Positions 7,268 through 14,377 of a stretch of DNA of 38,746 nucleotides are shown piece by piece (the stretch's first letter is position 1; every line of letters starts with the position of its first letter). The position numbers and the translations under genes are program-made. Location of the stretch: IMG/VR virus record IMGVR_UViG_3300045988_141642; one strand, given 5' to 3'. This DNA comes from a virus. The notes beneath the pieces were generated by a model that worked only from the letters and a program-made list of their open reading frames with translations, was not told where the DNA came from and searched no databases.

Positions 7268-8074
7268 TTACTTCTTGTTAAGAATTTTTCGCTGAAGTTT
7301 GTTATTCCGATCGGCAATAGCCCTTTCCTGTTTGCGTGCCTGTTGGCTCTCGTTCAGGTTGCCGTAATACTGCTGTTGACCGGAGGCAAAGCTGCGATCA
7401 TCGTTCCATTTCGTGTAATCGTTGGAATAGGAAGTGTTGAACCGATTCGTGTTGTAATCCATCTTGTTATAGGCGTTGCCCACAGCGTCCTGATACCGCC
7501 CATACTGCTGCTGATTCACACTATCAAGAAGGTCATAGGCATTCTGCTTACCTTGCTGCTGTTGGTCATATTTTTGATATGCCAGGGACAAAAGCTGCGA
7601 CTGTGTATTGGACAGGTTGTTCAACTGCGCCTGGTTGGCAGCATTACCCGCCGTAGTCGCCGCAGAGGAGGCATAGCCACCTGTTGCTGACGCCATCTGG
7701 CCCATCGTGTCCAGCATATCATTACGGCCCTGCGCCTGGTACTGTGCCTTATAGGCCCGGTATGCAGCGTCATTGTCTGCGTCATAAGAAAACTTTGACT
7801 TTAAGATGCCACCCAACATGTTTTGCAGCCGGGCGGTATAGTCCGTCAAGCCGTTTGCCTTGGCATACCCGCCATAGCCGCCGTTTAACAGAGAATTGTA
7901 GCCTTTGACACTGGCGTCCATGTCCTTCTTTTCCTTGGACTTCATCAGTGCTTTATAGTCCTTGGAATTGGTCCATCCGCCGCTATACTTATTGACTGTT
8001 TTTGTCCAGCTGCTCAGGTTCTTTTGCGCAGCCGTCTGTTTGGGCTTGCTTTTCTTTGGTTTGCTCTTTGCCAT
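7268..8074 (-). CDS. Q/N/Y/G-rich low-complexity virion protein (268 aa)
   Basis: Track ORF. RBS is GGGGGA 9 nt upstream. It has a lysine-rich N-terminus (MAKSKPKKSKPKQ) and sits between the tail genes and the giant ORF. Confidence 0.75.
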   Translation of the reverse strand: MAKSKPKKSKPKQTAAQKNLSSWTKTVNKYSGGWTNSKDYKALMKSKEKKDMDASVKGYNSLLNGGYGGYAKANGLTDYTARLQNMLGGILKSKFSYDADNDAAYRAYKAQYQAQGRNDMLDTMGQMASATGGYASSAATTAGNAANQAQLNNLSNTQSQLLSLAYQKYDQQQQGKQNAYDLLDSVNQQQYGRYQDAVGNAYNKMDYNTNRFNTSYSNDYTKWNDDRSFASGQQQYYGNLNESQQARKQERAIADRNNKLQRKILNKK

Positions 8075-8641
8075 TTATCTGATCCCCCATATATACGATA
8101 TTGTTCGTGCTGTGATCGTCACGCTGCCGCTTTTCACATTGGCAGAATAGCAGTTGTCGATCGTTACCTTATTTCCTGCGTAGTCGCCGTCCACGGACCA
8201 CACAGTAAAGTCTGTTGCGCCAATGTGCGTATGCGATCCGCGAACGGCAGTGCAGCTACGGTCTCCGTCCAGAATAGGACACAGGGCGTGCATCCAGCTA
8301 TTGCTAAAGCGGATAAGCAGAAAGCGGTAGTTGTCCACGCTGTCATTCAGAGTGATCGTATCGCCAGCCTTTGCGGTACTCCCGCTGAACAGTAGAGCGG
8401 ATGACCGACCGTCCCGGATCATCTCGTCCACCTGCTCCGTTTTCAGGCCTTTTGTACTCCGCTGATCACCGTCTCCGCCATTGGTTAATGACGCCAAAAA
8501 AGTCCGCGTCAGATTCTGTTCGTCCATGTTGTTCAGCGCATAATTCAACTTATCTGCCATCTGGTTCAGGTACAGATACAGACGCTGTATCCGCTGACTA
8601 TCCGTTACGCCGTCAGACGGCTTACCAATGTTAAAAGTCAT
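8075..8641 (-). CDS. Tail-associated structural protein (188 aa), function by position only
   Basis: Track ORF. Its start overlaps the stop of the 893-aa gene (ATGA). It abuts the next gene with no gap. Confidence 0.75.
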   Translation of the reverse strand: MTFNIGKPSDGVTDSQRIQRLYLYLNQMADKLNYALNNMDEQNLTRTFLASLTNGGDGDQRSTKGLKTEQVDEMIRDGRSSALLFSGSTAKAGDTITLNDSVDNYRFLLIRFSNSWMHALCPILDGDRSCTAVRGSHTHIGATDFTVWSVDGDYAGNKVTIDNCYSANVKSGSVTITARTISYIWGIR

Positions 8642-11319
8642 AAGTCACTCCCTAAAGTCATTGTGTTTGCAATACTGATCACCCGAACATCTCCGCAGCC
8701 TTCCAGCCGCAGCGCATAGTGATCACAGGCTTGCGGAACGATATTCAATACTTCCGTCTTCGGTGTACCATTACCGGTCAACACACCCATTTGGATCCAC
8801 TGCCCGCTGCTGTCGTACTGGATAAACGCTTTGAGCACAGCGCCCAGCGCGATCTTAGCCCGCAGGTTAATACGGCTGACGATCTTCTTATCCGGGTACG
8901 AAAAGTCTATGGCACCGGTCTCCGCGTACCATTCCACCTTGTCTTCCGTTTTGTACAGTTCCAGTCCGGACAAAGCTGTCTCGTTGTGTCGGCCAAGTTC
9001 ATGGAAAATACAGTTCGGGTCCATTGCATAGACCGACCCGGTGTAATCCGTGATAAAGTGCAGATACCGCATTCCGTTCAGACGCACCCACAGGCTGGTA
9101 TTCAGGTCATAGACAAAGGTCTCGTAGCCGCCGTCCGTCTCGTTCTTCATGGAGATATAATACTTACCAAGGGAACTTCCGGCGTTGGCTTCTGTGTATC
9201 GTGTGTTACCCAGGGCAGCGGAAATGTTGGTCACCGTGCTGCCATCAAATACACACACGCCGTCCAGCGACTTATAGAATACTGCTCCATTCAGCACCGC
9301 CAATGAGCCGGAGCAGTCATTTTCAACGCCGCGATCTTCAATGGCAATGCGTTGGTATGCCGCCGGATAGCCGCCGTAGATGCCATAAATCTTATTTTGT
9401 TTGAAGAAGTACGGCATATCGTTTAAGGACACCGCGCCGGTAAACGGCTCATCATCACCCAGGGACAATGCGTAGGAATCCGATGCCGTATTCTCAAAGC
9501 AATACCAGTTGGTCGGATCACCCAGCTTGCTGGCGTAGATTTGGTTAATATGCTTACCTGCGGAATCTTTGCCGTACTTGCAGCCCCACACGCGGTTTTG
9601 TGCTACAGTGACAAAGTCAAATTCCGGAAGCACTTTTTCTATTCTGTTTGGACAGTGATATGTGGAATCAATAACACGCCGCAAGCCCTTAACGACCAGC
9701 CGGCTGCCGTCATCGGAAACAGAATGCACATTCGCCCATTCGGTAACGAACACACTCTTGCCTGCAGACACCGAGAACTTGACCGTATCACCTGCCTTAA
9801 CGGAAGCGAGTATATCGTCTTTGATATCTGTCGTGTCCACAAGCACATAGGTCACCGGAACTGCGATCCAATCGTCTGCTGTGGACGAATATGCCTTGAA
9901 CACAGGTGCATCATCGTTAGTGGTATCTACCCAGTATGCGTAGAACCGAGTATTTGAAAACAGCACATTATCGACTGCCACCCAAGCACCATCTTCATTT
10001 TTGTATAGCGTACCCTGACTAAATTTTTTAAGTCCGCTACCTGTTGTCCCGGTGGTATCCAGCCAATAATCATTGCCTTTTGTACCAGGGTCTTTATCCT
10101 GCCGCTTCCACGCGCTGGCAGCCGCAAGCGTATTGAACTCGCCATTGCCTCGCACGGCCATTAGGTCACCGCTTGACCGTACAACACAAGTGCCTACGGC
10201 AGCACCGGCAGGTTTTGCAGCGCTATATATCAATCGCGTGTACGGAGCACCGTCCGCACTGCACATATCGCAGCCGAAATAAGTATCCGTTGTCTTGTTA
10301 AACGCCAGCGGCAGCACACCCTTGTCCGGTTCTTCCGTGTCAAAATACAATCCGTATGGGAAGATCAGGATTTTCGTACCAAAGTTTAACAACTGCAATT
10401 TGCCATTCACAGCAGCCAAATCCGGTATATTCCCACGCAAACTATAATGATTGCCTTGGTAGTACAAAACATCGTTAAATACAGAAGTCATCAGACCGTT
10501 CTTAATCATACAACCAACATTGTCGCCTGAAGCAGCCTTATCAATATAAAGCACACAAGAGGCATCTGCTGACTTTATTCCATCAATTACGGGCTTTAGG
10601 TCTTCTTCAAGTTTGTCTTCCATTCTTTGGTATTGCTTTTTGATATTGTCAGTGCCAAACTTTGGCTGCTCTGCAACTTCGTGAATCTCCTCCCCAACAA
10701 ACGCTATGTCCAAATACACATTCTCGCTTGAATCCAAATCATAAATATAATTTGGTCCTTGAAAGGTATTTATTATCTCATCGTTCATCTGCTTGTTAAT
10801 GGAAATGCTTTTGATAGGCCATTTGTAATAATACGGTGCCACATATCTACGCATAAACTCTAAACCAAAGCACTCAGAATTTATGGTTTTTCCGTCACAT
10901 ATTTTTACTCTCACCTTTTCTGTCAGTTTACTTTTAAAATCCACATAGATGCGCATGTTGAACTCGCGATGAACTCCACGCGCGGAATACATGACAGCGC
11001 TACCGTCATCGTTATCTCCGTGATATGTAAACTCCCTATGCACATATCGATCATTGAAAATACCTATACGATTTTTTGCTCGTTGCGAATCACTCGTTTC
11101 TGGTCCATCATACAAATCACACAAAAAACTATTGTCAAAAAGAGGATATTTGTACCGGTTCATCGGTGCACGGTTGGATAGCATAGGGTAATCGTCCAAT
11201 GTGATATTCTCGGTATTAAAGAACTCGCCAGCCTGCTGCACAACGCGGTGGTTATAGCCAAGGAATGTGGAGATCATCTCTCGGTTGTTGCTTACATTGC
11301 TAAGCACTGGTCTTTGCAT
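8638..11319 (-). CDS. Large tail structural protein (893 aa), podovirus nozzle/tail-tube-B sized
   Basis: Long track ORF in the late operon downstream of the capsid gene. I recognised no catalytic motif. The 5-prime third is visibly more AT-rich than the rest. Confidence 0.8.
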   Translation of the reverse strand: MQRPVLSNVSNNREMISTFLGYNHRVVQQAGEFFNTENITLDDYPMLSNRAPMNRYKYPLFDNSFLCDLYDGPETSDSQRAKNRIGIFNDRYVHREFTYHGDNDDGSAVMYSARGVHREFNMRIYVDFKSKLTEKVRVKICDGKTINSECFGLEFMRRYVAPYYYKWPIKSISINKQMNDEIINTFQGPNYIYDLDSSENVYLDIAFVGEEIHEVAEQPKFGTDNIKKQYQRMEDKLEEDLKPVIDGIKSADASCVLYIDKAASGDNVGCMIKNGLMTSVFNDVLYYQGNHYSLRGNIPDLAAVNGKLQLLNFGTKILIFPYGLYFDTEEPDKGVLPLAFNKTTDTYFGCDMCSADGAPYTRLIYSAAKPAGAAVGTCVVRSSGDLMAVRGNGEFNTLAAASAWKRQDKDPGTKGNDYWLDTTGTTGSGLKKFSQGTLYKNEDGAWVAVDNVLFSNTRFYAYWVDTTNDDAPVFKAYSSTADDWIAVPVTYVLVDTTDIKDDILASVKAGDTVKFSVSAGKSVFVTEWANVHSVSDDGSRLVVKGLRRVIDSTYHCPNRIEKVLPEFDFVTVAQNRVWGCKYGKDSAGKHINQIYASKLGDPTNWYCFENTASDSYALSLGDDEPFTGAVSLNDMPYFFKQNKIYGIYGGYPAAYQRIAIEDRGVENDCSGSLAVLNGAVFYKSLDGVCVFDGSTVTNISAALGNTRYTEANAGSSLGKYYISMKNETDGGYETFVYDLNTSLWVRLNGMRYLHFITDYTGSVYAMDPNCIFHELGRHNETALSGLELYKTEDKVEWYAETGAIDFSYPDKKIVSRINLRAKIALGAVLKAFIQYDSSGQWIQMGVLTGNGTPKTEVLNIVPQACDHYALRLEGCGDVRVISIANTMTLGSDL

Positions 11320-11330
11320 AAACGCACCTC

Positions 11331-11696
11331 CTAAAAGCGCAGCGGCACATTCTTGGCCGCGTGCGTGCGATTGTACTGGTTACGGAATGAGGCCAGCATT
11401 GTATTGAATACAGAATTTACAGCGCTGTATCGGTTGAAGTCACCGGTGTACAGCAGCATTTGGGACTGCAAGTAATGTATATAAAGTTCGTCATAGGGAG
11501 ACGGCACAAGCAGTTCCTGGGTATTCGGCGTTTTCTCCGTGTACCCGGCAAAGGCAGGTGCGCCCTCTCTGGCGTCCATAATTTCCAATTTGATTTGTTT
11601 ATCCAGTCTATTCAGCCAGGCGATTTTTTCGTTCATCGAAAAGGTCGTGTTGGGGCACAGCTTGTCCGCCTGGTTGACTGCTTCCGCAATCGTCAT
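11331..11696 (-). CDS. Putative head-tail adaptor/connector protein (121 aa), by position
   Basis: Track ORF immediately downstream of the capsid-proximal terminator. No motif-level identification. Confidence 0.65.
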   Translation of the reverse strand: MTIAEAVNQADKLCPNTTFSMNEKIAWLNRLDKQIKLEIMDAREGAPAFAGYTEKTPNTQELLVPSPYDELYIHYLQSQMLLYTGDFNRYSAVNSVFNTMLASFRNQYNRTHAAKNVPLRF

Positions 11697-11717
11697 ATTG
11701 TTGTTCCCTCCTCATAG

Positions 11718-11749
11718 TAAAAAGGGCAGACGGAATATTCCGTCCGCCC
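11718..11749 (-). terminator. Intrinsic terminator after the capsid plus 93-aa genes
   Basis: On the minus strand the stem is GGGCGGACGG, the loop AATATT, then CCGTCTGCCC followed by TTTTTAC. It lies between stop 11758 and start 11696. Confidence 0.7.
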
Positions 11750-11757
11750 TTTGTCGG

Positions 11758-12039
11758 TTACATACCGGCTGCCTGTGCAGCCAGCTTTTGAATGAGCTTG
11801 GCGTTCTCTGCATCCATCTGAAGTCTGCGGTTGACTACCTCTGCAATCGGCTCCGGCACTTCTACCGGGATACCACGCTCGATCTGATATGAGCCAACGC
11901 CCGCCACAGAAGCAAACATGTGGCTCTCGTTGTTCATCGGGTCCAGCGGAATAAGCACAGGCACCATTTTCCACTTAGGTGCAGTTTCTTTCTTCTCAGC
12001 CAATTCTTTCTTCTCAGCCAATTCTTTCTTCTCAGCCAT
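11758..12039 (-). CDS. Small capsid-adjacent protein (93 aa) with N-terminal AEKKEL x3 repeat
   Basis: Track ORF. RBS is GGAGGA about 10 nt upstream. It lies 17 nt after the capsid stop. The overlapping ORF 11693..11974 looks like an off-frame shadow. Confidence 0.7.
   Translation of the reverse strand: MAEKKELAEKKELAEKKETAPKWKMVPVLIPLDPMNNESHMFASVAGVGSYQIERGIPVEVPEPIAEVVNRRLQMDAENAKLIQKLAAQAAGM
11986..12039. repeat. Perfect 18-bp tandem repeat x3 (ttctttcttctcagccaa)
   Basis: Copies at 11986..12003, 12004..12021 and 12022..12039. The last base of copy 3 differs, and its final three bases form the ATG start codon of 11758..12039. Confidence 0.95.
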
Positions 12040-12056
12040 TCTGAATAGTCCTCCAA

Positions 12057-13043
12057 TCAGTTTTCCGTGGTGCTGGTGTCTGCACTGCGGTAGCTACAGC
12101 TCTCAAAACGAATGATGGCATATTCGTTCAGAATCTTTGCACCGTGCGTAGCCTTCCAGCCGGTGGAGCTACGCTGGTTCAGCGGATCATCACCGTAGCC
12201 CAGCGGCTTAACGATATAGTCCAGACCCAGGCCGTCCAGCTCGGTAACGCCGTAAGCATTGGCGCCCAGGAACAGCGTGCCGTACACAGCCAGCTTGGAG
12301 CCGGAAGTCTGCTTGTAAATCTTAGCGTTGGAAGAATCGACAAAACGGCACTTGCCAATCTTACCGATCTCGCCCTCGAACAGAGCGGTGGTGTCCGCAT
12401 ACTTGTGCATCTCCTCCCACTCGCTGGACAGCATAATATCCGTCTCCACATCAGGGTGGATAATGCAGACATAGTAGCCATCAATGGGGGTAATATCCCG
12501 ACGCTTCAGCTCGTTGACCATCTTCTTTACATCAGCCACGGTCAGTTTGTCAGCCGCAGTCAGTGTATCACGAGAAGTCTTGCCGCCGGCATAAGCCACG
12601 CTGGTGGTTGCCTGCATAGCATTTCGTGTCACCAGGTCAATGGTGTTGCCCGCCTGGTTGCCCTGCTCTTTGCAGTCCTCCACAATCACATTATCGAACG
12701 CGGCGGTCTGCAGCATATCGGTGTGCTTAATGTAGTCACCATACTGGCTCACAGTGGCCTTAATGGCGGTCACAGTCCGTTTGGTGCCATTAGGCGTTAC
12801 ACCTTCTACAAGCGGGGTAAGAGCGGGCGGCAAGCTGGAAAACTTACGCCACTCTGCTACCTTGCCGGAGCCGCGCGGAATTGGCTTTTTCTGCCCGAAC
12901 TGACCATGCACCAATTTGGGCTTGGCATTCTCCAACAGCTCCTTAATGTAATATTCCTTGATTTCAGCCGCAAGGCCGGTGTCAGTCGTTGCAGCCATGT
13001 TGGCGGTGCCATCGAACAGCTGCAGGTTCATTTTCTTATTCAT
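12057..13043 (-). CDS. Major capsid protein (HK97-fold, N4-gp56-like family)
   Basis: 328 aa, downstream of the scaffold gene. Strings typical of the N4-gp56 capsid family are present (...LVEGVTPNGT...VSQYGDYIKHTD...). The N-terminus carries MNLQLFDG. Confidence 0.85.
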   Translation of the reverse strand: MNKKMNLQLFDGTANMAATTDTGLAAEIKEYYIKELLENAKPKLVHGQFGQKKPIPRGSGKVAEWRKFSSLPPALTPLVEGVTPNGTKRTVTAIKATVSQYGDYIKHTDMLQTAAFDNVIVEDCKEQGNQAGNTIDLVTRNAMQATTSVAYAGGKTSRDTLTAADKLTVADVKKMVNELKRRDITPIDGYYVCIIHPDVETDIMLSSEWEEMHKYADTTALFEGEIGKIGKCRFVDSSNAKIYKQTSGSKLAVYGTLFLGANAYGVTELDGLGLDYIVKPLGYGDDPLNQRSSTGWKATHGAKILNEYAIIRFESCSYRSADTSTTEN

Positions 13044-13074
13044 GTTTCCTCCGTTTCTGACAGAGGATCGGTTT

Positions 13075-13977
13075 TTACTTGCCGCTAAGGAATCGTTTGA
13101 TATCCTCCGGCGTTTTCAATTCCCCTGTCGCAATTTTCTTGTTGATGAGTTGGTGCTGCTCTCTTGTCAAGGCAGCAATGTTGACAGAAGTCTTGACCGC
13201 AGGAGCGGTAGAAGATGCGTTCTCTTTTGGCACATGACCGCGTGAGCGGATCGTGTCCGCAGCGGCTTTCGCTGTACTCTGAGCGGCAAACTGCATTGCG
13301 CCACCGGTGAGCTCGGTAAGGTGGCGTGCTTCAAAGGCAGTCTTGAGCGTGATGCCGGGGCATTTTAACAGAGAGACAAACTCAGGATCTGCCAGTTCTG
13401 CATCCAAGTCAAATGCGTCCCCATACAAGGACTTGACCGCCTCGCTCTCGTCCAGCCACTGCTGGTACTGCTGTGCTGCTGCGTCCTGCCGTTCGCGTTC
13501 CTGCATTTCCTGGCGGAATGCAGCGTTTTCACGCTCCAGCTTGTGCATCTGCTTCAGTGACTCGATTGGCACACCCTTCTCAACTGACTCCTGCTCGTAA
13601 AAGCTGTTGTCGTCTTCCAGTGCCTGCATGAGTGCCTCCGGGTCCGTAGCGTCTGCGCCGTACTTTTCGCCCAGCATATCAAGCAGGGGCAACACCCTGT
13701 CATACTGTGCCTGTGCGGCTTCATCAGCACGGAACCGCTTCTGCATCGCAGCGTTGATGTGCTTTTGATACGCATTTTTGTACTTGTCCTTAATCAGAGC
13801 CTTAAACTCTTTGTCAAGGTCTTCCGCTGTGCTCTCATGAGCACCATCCTGCGTGGCGGGTGCAGTATTGTCTGCCGTATTGTTCTGCGTGGCGGGCGCA
13901 CTGCCAGTGCCGTCTGCTGCACCGCCCTCACCATCGAAAAGCTGCAGCAACATGGGCATCAATTTGTCTGTTCTCAT
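13075..13977 (-). CDS. Scaffolding protein
   Basis: 300 aa, highly charged, helical and E/Q/A-rich, sitting between the portal/Prp genes and the capsid gene. RBS is AAAGGAG. The N-terminus carries LLQLFDG. Confidence 0.8.
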   Translation of the reverse strand: MRTDKLMPMLLQLFDGEGGAADGTGSAPATQNNTADNTAPATQDGAHESTAEDLDKEFKALIKDKYKNAYQKHINAAMQKRFRADEAAQAQYDRVLPLLDMLGEKYGADATDPEALMQALEDDNSFYEQESVEKGVPIESLKQMHKLERENAAFRQEMQERERQDAAAQQYQQWLDESEAVKSLYGDAFDLDAELADPEFVSLLKCPGITLKTAFEARHLTELTGGAMQFAAQSTAKAAADTIRSRGHVPKENASSTAPAVKTSVNIAALTREQHQLINKKIATGELKTPEDIKRFLSGK

Positions 13978-14035
13978 AGGAACTCCTTTCTGTCCGTATC
14001 AGGTGGACGAACCCTTTACTCGCATAATAACAAAA

Positions 14036-14060
14036 GAGGGGGCGATCATGTCACCCCCCC
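14036..14060 (-). terminator. G/C-tract hairpin terminator, paralog 1 of 3
   Basis: On the minus strand GGGGGGGTGA, a loop, then TCGCCCCCTC is followed by TTTTGTT. It lies between the Prp stop (14063) and the scaffold start (13977). Confidence 0.65.
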
Positions 14061-14062
14061 TT

Positions 14063-14377
14063 TCAGCTTATTTGGATATGCCCCGGATAGCTCTCGGCCA
14101 GTATTTCCATCCCGCACCGAAAAAAGGTAAACGCTGCCGGCACCGTGCTCTCTTTTTTTATCGGTGCGCAACGAATACACACATTTCCCGGAGAAATCTT
14201 GATCTGTGGTTCACACAGTAGAGCTCCAGCTACATACGCCCTACGCGCGACTTCCGCCAGCGTGCAGGTAAGGGCAGAAATAGCAGCGCATACCAGGTCA
14301 TGATCCTGTTCGTTGCGTGGCGCATCGGCGTGGCCTTTCAGTTCTACGGAGCAAGCACCAATATGTACCGTAGTCAT
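14063..14377 (-). CDS. prp: Prp/YsxB-family cysteine protease (ribosomal L27-type processing protease homolog)
   Basis: 104 aa with ...ELKGHADAPRNEQDHDLVCAAISALT..., which matches the GHA...D-x-VCAA-x-S hallmark of the Prp/DUF464 family. Its start overlaps the portal stop. Confidence 0.8.
   Translation of the reverse strand: MTTVHIGACSVELKGHADAPRNEQDHDLVCAAISALTCTLAEVARRAYVAGALLCEPQIKISPGNVCIRCAPIKKESTVPAAFTFFRCGMEILAESYPGHIQIS

Noticed and set aside
11693-11974. 93-aa minus ORF overlapping 11758..12039 in another frame
   Set aside because: Its composition is Cys/Arg/Gly-rich and it has no RBS. It also spans a terminator hairpin. The 11758..12039 frame has a GGAGGA RBS and a plausible sequence.
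12144-13088. 314-aa plus-strand ORF
   Set aside because: It is antisense to the well-supported major capsid gene and has shadow-ORF composition.
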